A DNA stretch of 64,000 nt from Octopus sinensis (taxonomy: Eukaryota). Location: positions 65,720,001-65,784,000 of the forward strand of contig NC_043000.1 of assembly GCF_006345805.1 (NCBI RefSeq). Reading direction: 5' to 3'. Of this stretch, positions 36,810 through 48,491 are shown piece after piece. The first letter of the stretch is position 1, and the number at the start of each line of letters is the position of its first letter. The position numbers and the translations under genes are program-made. A model generated the notes under the pieces. That model was not told the DNA's origin and did not search any database. It saw only the letters and a program-made list of their open reading frames with translations.

Positions 36810-38122
36810 TTAACTAGAAAGATAAGATCTAACTAGCTATGATTATAATTTCTCTCTCTGATGGTACTATTTAATACTTATAGATTTAAATTATTTGATT
36901 TATTTCTATTGGACCATATTATTAATAAATTAAATCTTGCTCTATTTTTATCTCCATTTCTTAGTCTATTTTTTAACCCATATATAAATATTAGTTAGTT
37001 AAATCTCTTAATTTCTTTTACACTAAAATTTAATTCTGCTAATCCCAAACCTATCGTAGTGTATTGTGATGTGATATAATATAATATAAAATAATATAAT
37101 ATAATATAGTGTAGTGTATTATAGTATAATAATAATATAATTGTTTGATTTCATTTAAAAACAACCCCATTTTCCTTTCCTTTCTAATGACCTCTCATTG
37201 TAACCTGACAATCTATTAATAGTAACATTTATAAATAAAGAAATAAATTGTTGACCTCAGTTCGAATTTTGCACTAAACAAGCTTAGATTTTCTGTTAGT
37301 ATCAACTTGTGCCCATCCCCTTAGCTTCCCCTTTCCTTTCTCTTTGATAGCTTAAATAGCAGTAACTGATTAAATTTCTACTTCCTTCCTCCTCTTTCTG
37401 TGATTCTTGTAAAATTCATTAACAACCTGAACCGCTACAATATAAGACTGTCATTTTGCTTCTCATTCGGATTCCCTGATATTTTTCGCATGATTGTACC
37501 CTAAATCTCTTCACAAAACTGGATTATGAACTATAAGGACATGCACATATTCTGTAAGTTCAAGACTTTTCATCGGATCTCCAAGAATCGAACTTATCTG
37601 CGATTCTTGTAAAATTCATTAACAACCTGAACCGCTACAATATAAGACTGTCATTTTGCTTCTCATTCGGATTCCCTGATATTTTTCGCATGATTGTACC
37701 CTAAATCTCTTCACAAAACTGGATTATGAACTATAAGGACATGCACATATTCTGTAAGTTCAAGACTTTTCATCGGATCTCCAAGAATCGAACTTATCTG
37801 CGATTCTTGTAAATTTCAATAACAATCTGTTCCTCTACACGATATGACAGTCACTTTGCTTTTACTCAGACTTTCCTCTACATGATATGGCAGTCACTTT
37901 GCCTCTTACTCGGATTTTCAGAAATTTTGCATGACTGTATCCGAAAATTTCTTCACACAACTTGATTAAAAATTCAATATGAGCTATATGTAGACATGCA
38001 CAAATTCTGTAAGTTTAAAACCTTTCATCGGATCTCCATGAATCGAACTTTCTTCAATGCAGTTAATCTTACAACCTCTTTTGTATCTACCGCTTTTGAT
38101 GTTTGGGAATTCTCTGATGTTT

Positions 38123-38209
38123 TTTCGGCTGACGAGTACGAGCCATCTGTATTCACTGCATTTTTGTAGCTTATTAAAGATGTCCTCGTACGAAACGATC
38201 GTACCGAGA
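38123..38209 (+). ncRNA. Type I hammerhead ribozyme in the inverted pLTR
   Basis: Stem I TTTCGG/CCGAGA; CTGACGA 38129-38135; stem II GTACGAG/CTCGTAC with a long loop; GAAAC 38192-38196; palindromic stem III ACGATCGT; predicted cleavage after GUA at 38203. Confidence 0.88.
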
Positions 38210-38238
38210 TTTTAATCCATTCTTGTTGCTTTTTTCCT

Positions 38239-41200
38239 ACGGACTTAACACAGCCCCCTCCTCTTCAGATCCGTTTTTTTTTTTTTTTTTTTTGTGGACA
38301 CACCACCCACACACACCCACCCACCTACCTCCCACACGCACACACCCACCCACCTACCTCCCACACACACCCACCCACCTACCTCCCACACGCCTGTTCA
38401 CACACACACATACGTAGACCCATCTACGTACATACATTCACACATTTACAGACATACTAGTACACACTAACATACAAACCAACATGCACATACACACACA
38501 CATACATACATACGCACACACATACATACTTACACACACACACACACACAGACATACATACACACATACACACACACATACATACGCACATACATACACA
38601 CACACTCACACACACACACCGCACGTACATACTTCACACACACACATGCAAACATACATGTAGGCACATACATACATCCATACCCACACATGCACACCCT
38701 TACACTGAATGCACACACACATACACCTTTTTGCATCCAGGCAGCCCCCCCTCTTTTCTGCTTTCCGGTTTTGGCTGATGGATCCTCGGTTCCCGCGTAG
38801 CGGGGCGTTCGAGGGCCTTTGCGCTCGCGCGCCTTGGCGCGCGCTGGGGGCTTGGTTGGCCCCTTGGGCTTGCGTTGTACTGCTTGTGCGTTGTGTGCGT
38901 GAGCGCGCTTCGTGTGTGTGGGCTTGCTTCGGATGTGCGCGTGCGTATGTATGCATACATACCCACACACTCGCATGCATCCCTACCCACATACATACAC
39001 GCACACCTACTCACACACACACATACACACACATACCTGCACACATACATACATACACATACATACCTACTTCAGACATACACACACACAGACATACACC
39101 CATACACTCACACTCACACGCATACACACACACACATACACACGCACACGTACACATACACACACACACACACACACACCTACATACATACATTACACTT
39201 GTATACACACACACTTACATTCATACACACACACACCTACACAGCCATACCCTCACTCAGACACACACATCTACCTACACACACACACAAACACACACGG
39301 ACACACACCCATACATACATACATCACACACACACGCCTACACACTACATACACACATACATAAACACACACACATACACATATACACACATACGCACAC
39401 ACACATATACTTATACACATGCACACACACACACATACATACATACACCCATACACATACACACACACATACCCACATACTCCTATACGCACATACATAC
39501 ACACAGACATAACACATACACACTCACACAAACATACACACACACATACTTACACACACACTCACCTGCGCGCCACACACATGCATGACAAACACCCATA
39601 CACTCACACTCACATACGCACACCACCAACATAAAAACACGCACACGCACACACACACACCTACACTCCCACACACATACACACGCACCTACATACACAC
39701 ACGCACGCATACACACGCTTACACACATACATTACACACGTACACAACACCCTACATACACATGCATACACACACACACACAAACATGCACGGACACACC
39801 TAGACATACACACATACACCTATATACACACGCCCACACACCTACATACACACACATATACACACGCCCACACACCTACATACACACACATACACGGACA
39901 CACCCATACATACTTACATACATACACCTATACACACACGCCTACACACCTACATACACACACATGCATACACACACACACACATGTACGCACATACACA
40001 CACATATACGCACATACATATATACCCACACACATGCACACACACACACACATACGCACATGCATGCATGCATGCACACGCGCACACCTACACGCATACC
40101 ACACACACACCGCACGTACACATACATACATACACACACGCATACATACACCCATACACATACATGCATCCTACACACACATACATACACACTCACACAT
40201 ACATACACACACACACTCACTCACACACCTGTATGTACGCGCACACACATGCACATACACACACTTCCCCACACCCACACGTACATACATACACACTCAC
40301 ACACACACGGACATACATCTATGCACACACATACATACACACATACTCACATACATTCATCGGACACACTGCCACCCAGACATACACACAGACACACTCA
40401 CACATCCACACACATACATACTTACGCGCATACTCGCAGGCGCCCGCACACACGCGCTTGCGCCGGTTCGCGCACGCATACGCGCCGCATGCACCTCGCT
40501 CTTGGACCCGACGAGACCTCCCGCCCGTTCCTGGGACCGTCGTGTGTCGTTGGGTTTTCCCACGCCCGTCTCCGCGGGACCACTCTTCCATCTTCCCCTC
40601 AGCTGGAGTCCTTTTTCCTTACCCCCCCCTTTTTCGTTACACACACGCGCACACATATACACACATTGCTTAAATATATACATTACTCTTACACACATTC
40701 AATCTACTCGCCATTAATACCACCACGACACTGGACACACACACACTACTACTCAACACACGCTGGCACGCTACATACGCCCCCACCCCTTCCCCTCCCT
40801 CCCTTCCTCCTTCCTTCTTTTTCTTACTACTGACCTTGTCTGCTAAGCTGACCACTAGTCTCGCCCTACCTCACACGCCTACACACAGACGCACACACTA
40901 ACACACACATATATTTTTTGTTTTTTCATCTCGCCTCACACACACACATACACACACGCACACGCACACACTCACACATACACACACATCTGTTGCGTTA
41001 CCAACCTTGTCTCCACTCTTTTTTTTTAAAACCCACTTTGCTCTTGTATCGTAAACATCCGCCTTTCACCATGTGCAACTCGTAAACACCAGTCGTCTTT
41101 TTTCTCTTTCCCTGTTGCCCGCTCTGGGATCTTTCTTTCCTCTCTCTTCCTTCTTTATGTTTCCGACGAAGAGCTCCGCTCGAAACGTCATACCTCCCTG

Positions 41201-41279
41201 CTTCCATTTCCTGAGCGCCTATTAATAATAATACTGTAATTGTTCCATTGTTGTCGTTTTTTTGTTTCCCGTTTGGATT

Positions 41280-41285
<6 letters not shown>
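38239..41285 (+). mobile_element. Solo 3' region/pseudo-LTR of the Neptune-like PLE (CA-rich, ~3.05 kb)
   Basis: Starts with the last ~27 nt of the Neptune ORF (ACGGACTTAACACAGCCCCCTCC) and is colinear with 56552-59705, including both GC-rich islands and the terminal HHR-like motif. Ends in (TA)n. Confidence 0.88.
41159..41193 (+). ncRNA. Minimal hammerhead-like motif (U4>C variant)
   Basis: GTTT-CCGACGA-A-GAGC(TCC)GCTC-GAAAC-GTC|ATAC. Helix III is reduced to the palindrome ACGT. Confidence 0.5.
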
Positions 41286-41330
<45 letters not shown>

Positions 41331-41592
41331 CATAGATACATAGATACATACATACATACATACATACATACATACATACATACATACATACATACATACA
41401 CACATACATATTGATGTATCGCAGGTTCAACGGCGTACCTTCGCCGAACAACGTTACTGGCTGTGTCCGTCACTATTTATTCGTAGTGGACCAGCCCACT
41501 TCTCGTCTGGGGGCGTCCACCACAACACATACATACATGTGTGTGTGTGTGTGTGTGTGTGGTGTGACTAAAGCGACTGTGAGTGCCATTGG

Positions 41593-41750
41593 GCACCAGT
41601 ATTGCTAGAAATAAGATTCAAAACAATTCAGAGCGCGCCGTCTTATTTACTAACAAGAGAGACAAGCTCCTTCTCCCTTGTCAGTAAATAAGACGGTGCG
41701 TTATTGTGGCTATGAGTTGTTTTCGCTCTTATTTCTAGCAATATTGGTGC
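41593..41750. mobile_element. Small foldback MITE with nested inverted repeats
   Basis: Outer GCACCAGTATTGCTAGAAATAAGA / TCTTATTTCTAGCAATATTGGTGC; inner CGTCTTATTTACT / AGTAAATAAGACG. Confidence 0.7.
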
Positions 41751-41910
41751 TGACTAGTGCCCTCAGTTGCTCTTGTGACGTATATATTTTTGCCTTTCGG
41801 TTGAAAAATTGTTAACAAGCTACCCTTATTATGTGTATATATGTGTGTGTGTTTTGTGTTTTGTGTGTGTGTATGTATGTATGTATGTATGTATGTATGT
41901 ATATATATAT

Positions 41911-41961
<51 letters not shown>

Positions 41962-42335
41962 CATATAAGAGAACAAATTGTACGTACGCCGCTATATATA
42001 TATATATATATATATATAGATATATATATATATTATATATATATATAATATAAAATGGGACAAGAACGCAAAACATCCGGACAACTAGGTGATACAAAAA
42101 TGGACAACAAAACGTCCAGATAGTCGATACAAAAAAACAAGGATGGGTCATTTGAAGCTTTCTATCCTCAGTCAAGAACCAGATCATCCTCGCAATTTCG
42201 GCTGATTAATCTTGAGATTGCTCCAAACTGGCCAGCCCCAAGGAAAAGCTAAGAAGAGCATTAGATTCCTTGGAAGAAAACATCGAATGTATACAAAAAC
42301 AAGGACGGAAAAACAGACAATGTTACACAAATATA

Positions 42336-43625
42336 CGAGGGGCGTTCAATAAGTAATGCCTCTGACCCACTTGCAGTTGTTTGATCTAGCTGAAAATTTA
42401 CATGTGCAATTATCTATATCCCTATAGATTAAGTGGCAAATTACAGCTCTGAACTAATTGTGGTTTCTGATATACAGGTGTTTGAACTGAGTCAAGTGTG
42501 AAATGGAGCCTGTTGAGTGTCGAGCAGTGATCCAGTTTTTGTATTTGAAAGGACGCACACCACGGGAGACTTTTGATGAAATGAAAGTAACTTATGGTGA
42601 TGATGCCCCATCATATGACCTTGTAAAACGCTGGCATCGTGAATTCAAACATCGTTGGAACTCTGTGGAAACAGCTCCCAGATCGGGTCGCCCCCCTTCT
42701 GCCATTGATGAGGCATCTGTCCGTCAAGTTGAGGCTGCCATTTTGGAAGATCGACGCATAACTATTCGCCAAATAGCCCATGAGGTCAAGTTTAGTACCG
42801 GGTCTGTGGAAACTATCATTCATGACCATTTGCATATGCAAAAGGTGTCTGCCAGATGGATTCCCAGGTTGCTCACACCTTTCCAGAAGCAAGAACGCGT
42901 CGAGTGCTCGAGGATGAATTTGGAGATGTGCCAAGAAGATGAGCCAATATTTTTCAAAAGACTGATTACACAGGATGAAACCTGGGTCCATCACTATGAT
43001 CCAGAGACCATGGCCCAGTCAATGCAGTGGAAGCACCGTGACTCACCTCCTCCAAAGAAGGCAAGGGTGCAGCCCTCCGCTGGCAAGGTCATGCTCACAG
43101 TTTTCTGGGACCAAGACGGAGTAGTGATGACAGATTTCCTGGCAAAGGGTACCACAATTACAGGAGCCTATTATGCTTCACTTTTGAGGAAATTAAGAGA
43201 AGCTATCAAAATCAAGAGGCGGGGCAAGATCAGCAAAGGCATCCTCCTCCTGCAGGACAACGCTCCGGTCCACAACTCGCGTGTCGCCAGATCAGAAGCA
43301 CAGGCGTGCGGCTATGAACTCCCCCCATCCCCCTACTCTCCTGACCTTGCACCCTCTGATCTTTACCTCTTCCCAGCCATGAAGTTGTTTTTGAAAGGAA
43401 AGCGTTTCCCAGATGATGCAGCCTTGATTTCTGAAGTCACGTCGTGGTCGGAGGACCAAGCTGGGGTCTTCTACAAAAACGGTCTCCAGAGATGCATCAA
43501 ACGATGGGAGAAATGTGTAACTCTGAGTGGTTCCTATGTAGAAAAAGACTAATAACTGTGCCAAGTTTCGTTGCTCTACTGCTATGGGAAGTGGGTCAGG
43601 GGTATTACTTATTGAACGCCCCTCG
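42336..43625 (+). mobile_element. Full-length mariner transposon (1290 bp, irritans-like)
   Basis: 37-bp TIRs CGAGGGGCGTTCAATAAGTAAT(G/A)CC(T/C)CTGACCCACTT with 2 mismatches; TA duplication at 42334-35 and 43626-27. Confidence 0.97.
42503..43552 (+). CDS. Mariner transposase, 349 aa
   Basis: HTH N-terminus, WIPRLL, QDETWVHHY, LLQDNAPVH, YSPDLAPSD; uninterrupted ORF. Confidence 0.95.
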   Translation: MEPVECRAVIQFLYLKGRTPRETFDEMKVTYGDDAPSYDLVKRWHREFKHRWNSVETAPRSGRPPSAIDEASVRQVEAAILEDRRITIRQIAHEVKFSTGSVETIIHDHLHMQKVSARWIPRLLTPFQKQERVECSRMNLEMCQEDEPIFFKRLITQDETWVHHYDPETMAQSMQWKHRDSPPPKKARVQPSAGKVMLTVFWDQDGVVMTDFLAKGTTITGAYYASLLRKLREAIKIKRRGKISKGILLLQDNAPVHNSRVARSEAQACGYELPPSPYSPDLAPSDLYLFPAMKLFLKGKRFPDDAALISEVTSWSEDQAGVFYKNGLQRCIKRWEKCVTLSGSYVEKD

Positions 43626-44039
43626 TAAATACAATATAAATACAATAAAAATAACAATAACAGGACATAACAACAGGTGTCTTTCGACTAGGGACGAATT
43701 GAATTCAGCTGGCGTGTTTGGAAATGAAGCCTTGCGGCAGAGATACAAAAGTTCACAAAGACAATTATATATTTATTAATTTATTTATATATCTATGTGT
43801 GAGTTCTCGTCTCTGTGTCTGTGTGTCTCCCTACACCGCTTGACAACCGGTGGTGGTGTGTTTACGACCCCGTAACCTAGCGGTTCTTCAAAAGAGACCG
43901 ATAGAATAAGTAATATGCTTTAAAAGAATAATAAATATGCGCGCGCATATGTGTGTCTATACATACATACATACATACATACATACATACATACATACAT
44001 ACATACATACATACATACATACGTACATACATACATACA

Positions 44040-44070
<31 letters not shown>

Positions 44071-44849
44071 TGTATGTTTATATGTCTGAGGTTACGGTAT
44101 TTCACGTTTACGGAAATTGTAAAATATGACCATTAATTTCGGGATACGGCCTGTAATTTCGCTCTTGTCTAGTTAATTTAAAACTACACTTTCTTCTTAG
44201 CTCCATGGCCCCTTGCGTTTTAGTTAAAGATGAGTTAACGATTTGGAAAACTATCATCACGTTACGCACATAAACGCATACATATACACACTATATATAA
44301 TGTACATAATGGAAGTGTATACACACGCACACGCACACACATACACACACATATATGTATGTGAATATATGTATGTGTGTGTGTGTCTTTTCTCTCATCA
44401 GCACCAACACAACAACCAACAGCAACAATAACATATAGTATGAAGAAGATAAGCAAATAAAAACATATCACGTGGTGTATTTAAAAAGTTGAATGAAACG
44501 CCTTTCATCTTATGTCTATGAGGACTGACTGGAGATTAAATAGCTACAACAATACAACTACCAGGAACAATATAATCGCTACAACACCAACAATACCCAC
44601 CCACCCTCATTAACATCTAAAGCAATGTAATCTGCATCCATCATCCCCCACTATCAACCCATCAACTTTTGAATCCAACTGGCTGCAACAGATAGCAGCA
44701 CATACACAAACACGTATGTGCATGAGTGTGTAATGTGTATGAGTGTTTGTGTATGTATATGGGTGTGTGTATGTGTGTGTGTATATTTTTGTCTTAAGTC
44801 AGAAATGTAAGAGGCGAATTGTCTATAAAATCTAGTGAAACTTCTTTTT

Positions 44850-45826
44850 GACAATGTACCGAGCCACCCTGCAAATTTAGATAATCTTACTGATAAAGTG
44901 ACTGGAATACATGTATGTCCTTAAGAATGCAACTTTGCTCCAGCCAATAAATCGAAGTTAACTTCAAAGCATATCATATGTGCACTTTCAAACATCTTAA
45001 GCAATTGATAGGGAGTATAAACATACAGTTTGAGATTTTTGAAAGAAATTTTAACATGATGCTGTGGATAATTTAGGTGAGTCATCGGATGAACTGAAAC
45101 CTTCAACTTTGTAAAGTTCTTGGAAAAGTTTATAGCCAGACTGTATCCGTAACATTACAAGTTTTCCTTGGGTAGAAAGTCTACGTCAAATTCGGCAAGA
45201 TATCGTGATATTTGCAAAGAATGTAGGATTCGAAAAAGTCATAGAGGATGATATGATTGAGTTTCTAATGTTTCACAGAGAAAGTTTATCTAACGAGGAG
45301 CTGATGCTGTTAGAAAAAGAACAAGCTGAGAATACAGATGAGATAACGGAAGTTCCACCTACACAACTTAAATTGACTACAAAAATTATTTGTTCAGGAT
45401 TGGCACTTATACAGGAAATCTCTGCAGGTTCTTGCTGATAATGATCCTAATCATGAACATAAGAGATGACGCATCACAAACAACTAACAACTTTGGACAA
45501 GTTGATGTTCGGGATAATGAACGATAAGATAGTAAGTATTGTCCCTCATCCTCCTAGTAACGCTCATTCCACCACCACCCTCACACAATAGTCAACATTT
45601 TTTGTGGTAAGAGCATACGCTTACAATATTACGATACGTATTAATTCTCTAACGTATTCCTCTTGAAAAGTTTTGTATTTTTATGCATCTGTATTCTACG
45701 GTGTATATTTAAATATTGATAATACGAAAATCAATAAGAAAATTAATTTCGTACAACGGAATTTCACGTTAGGCCCAGACTTTCAGGAACGCATTATTTC
45801 CGTAAAACGAGGGATTCCTGCATATA
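44850..45826 (+). pseudogene. pogo/Tigger transposase 3' remnant with right TIR
   Basis: DNVPSHP, LLQP, NFKAY (frameshifted), GFEKVIEDDMIEFLMFHRESLSNEELM. TIR-like CGTAAAACGAGGGATTCCTG near 45801-45820. Confidence 0.75.
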
Positions 45827-45854
45827 CAAGTCTGTGTGTGTGTGTGTGTGCGTT

Positions 45855-45942
<88 letters not shown>

Positions 45943-46071
45943 TGTGTGCGTGTGATCATTTTTGCTAATAATGCCGACAAAGTGATCCGGCTGCATACGC
46001 TGCGTAACAGGTTTTTGAGGCTCATGTAATCTATTGTGGCCGACTTCCTGAAGTACGTGTAAATTATCTAT

Positions 46072-46722
46072 CTAACTAGGTCGTGCCACAGGACGCCCCA
46101 AAACTGTTTCCACACGTTTTCCCCATTCATCTCGATCTTCCATAATGGTCCCCAGCTCTTGTACCCGTTCCATACCAGTATCCTCCAGTAAGTTGTCGAT
46201 ATAGGTCATCTTCCTCCTTCCTCTCCTGGTTCTTCCTTCCGTTGGTTGCCAGAGCACTAGCTTGCTAGCAATTTCATCGGTGTGTCTGATGCCGTGTCCA
46301 GCTAACTTCATCCTTCTATCCCGTATCTTCAACGTTACTTTTGGTAGTCCTTGGTATAAGTCGGAGTTTGTTGTATGACGCTTCCAGGAGACTTTGAGTA
46401 CCATTCTAAGCATCCTTGTATAACAGCATATAACATTCCACCAAGAATTCTAAGAGCAATAAGTAAGCTGAATGAGAACACCAGAGCGAAAGTGATCACT
46501 CCTCATGGAGAAACGGAATACTTTAAAGACAAAGCCGGAGTATTACAAGACGACACGCTAGCACCTTATTGCTTCGCCATCGTTCTGAACTATGTAATAC
46601 GTAGAACGTACGAGGGCAAGGAAGAAGAACTGGGTTTCAAACAGCACAAGCAAAGAAGTAGACGGTATCAAGCAGTAACAGTAACAGACCTAGACTATGC
46701 TGATGACCTGGCATTACTAACG
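46072..46722 (-). mobile_element. RTE-type LINE, 5'-truncated with an inverted 5' segment
   Basis: 46072-46413 (-) encodes the C-terminus (RRMKLAGH..RH, LVLWQP..G...RGR); 46414-46722 (+) encodes RT (GVLQDDTLAPYCF...DLDYADDLALL). Confidence 0.85.
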
Positions 46723-48163
46723 TAGAGGACTGACGTGTGCAGGAGTAACGACCAGCTAGCATGATGTGGGAAGCAAAATGACGATGAGTCCTGGAAAGAG
46801 GTACTGGTAACGGAAGACGCTTCTGGTAGACGAAGACCGATGCGGATGCAAGAGGTGATAATGTTTGATCTCAGAATATTATCAACAGACAAGAGGCTAA
46901 AGGACAGCGAGAATCCAGTTAATTCTTATTTTAGACTGTAAAAAATGGAAAAAAAGAAAGAAATTAAAGTGAACAAAACGGAAGTAACGACAGTAAAATA
47001 GGAAAGAAATGAAAGAAAACCAAAATAATGAAACTTAATGTCATTACGTAACATGAAAACCATATATTTATATTATAATAAAATTTTCATTTATAGAACG
47101 AATTAGAATCGCGAATATGTATTCATGATTATCAAATTTAAATCCGCTGTATGTATATTGCGAACAAGATGTGGACAAAAGCATCGCTCATTTCCGTATT
47201 GTTATTGCATTTTTTCTTTGTTGACATCCGTCCATTTCTGTTCAATAGTCTGCATATGAATGCTCATCACCGTCAATATTTGGGCCCACGAAAGGCATTA
47301 AGTCATTAATAATTTCATGAATATAAAGTTTTATCACTTTATGAAAACCGAGTACTCGAGATTAAGCGCATATCTCGTAAAACGGTTAACGCTTATATTG
47401 GGATGCACTACGTTAATGAGATGTGCAGTTTATTTTTATTTATTTCCAATGTTACTATTACCATTCCCACCCCTTTAAAAAAAAATTTAGTTTCATTTCT
47501 CTGTTAATTTACTTTTATATTATTGGCATCCTCAAATAACATTTACCCGAAATACTTTGGTATTTCATTTGTGAGGTTGATCTGCCGGCAACTCAACAGT
47601 TTTAGCTTTGTTTTTCCTCAGTATGGAAGGAGTAGTGTTACAAGACTTTTTCATCTGTGTAATGGCTGTATCTTTCAGCCGTTGAAGGAGGCTAGTTTGT
47701 TTTATCTCTAAAGGAGAAAGACAATATTTTATTAGTTTATAGCATCACCAATTTTATATTTCATATTTAAATCTTTGTTTTTATTGTATTTTTTTGCCTT
47801 TCTGCCATCATCCAATTTCCCATATACAAATCCAATCACCAAAAGACTAGGTAATACAATGTTTTTTTTTTTTTTTGCCATGTTTTGGAACCACAGAAAC
47901 GCTACTGAAGCTAGGATGTCCAAACCTTTTACTGATGCAACTAACCTTTTTTTTTGTTTGGTAATTTTACTTTTTTTTACACAAGTCTATCTTTAAGACA
48001 CAGCTCTATTCCTGATAACATATGCTATACAAAAAAGAAATTAATTAAAAAGAAAGTGAAATACAATAAGAATAGTATAATCCACGGGACGCATACAGAA
48101 CAGCGGGGATCTAATCAATAACGCACCTCTAACTCTTGTTAGAGCTCATCTGTCCGTTGGAGT

Positions 48164-48217
48164 AACTTTGAGTTAGGAGGCACGCAGTAAAGTCGAAACA
48201 CTTCGGTGTCTCAAGGT
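48164..48217 (+). ncRNA. Decayed type I hammerhead (copy 1 of tandem pair)
   Basis: AACTTTGA-GTTAGGA-GGC(ACGCAGTAAA)GTC-GAAACAC(TTCG)GTGTC|TCAAGGT. Stems retained, 5' core mutated. Confidence 0.55.
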
Positions 48218-48491
48218 CCTCTCACACCGGTGAAATGCGTGTGGTATGAATACATAGTCTAAAGGAAAGAGATATTTTCCGATGGGGAGGGGGGAATCAA
48301 TAACTATCAGATATTCTACTAGAACACATAAATTGATAGATATTTTATTGTTTTGATTCCCGCTGTTCTGCGTGCATCTCATGAATTATTATCTGTCTGA
48401 AAGACACCATCACGCATCAGAAAATAATTTGTTTGCTGATTTCTATAAACAAGAGCCTGCACTCTTGTTACATTTATTAGTTCATTGGTGT

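Larger units (their letters stand above)
32438..38239 (-). mobile_element. Penelope-like element (Naiad-like) with 3' pseudo-LTR and inverted 5' pseudo-LTR
   Basis: RT+GIY-YIG ORF. 32551-33777 and 36810-38239 are near-identical inverted copies, each with a hammerhead. The 3' end lies in (TA)n at ~32438. Confidence 0.92.

Noticed and set aside
42052-42330. CTGAGGA..GAAA on the minus strand in the repeat interrupted by the mariner
   Set aside because: No helix II between the core halves, so it is not supportable as a ribozyme.
46722-46915. Coding-looking stretch after the RTE fragment, and similar stretches at 11430-11700 and 30880-31200
   Set aside because: No recognisable domain or reliable splice pair; probably decayed TE sequence rather than host exons.
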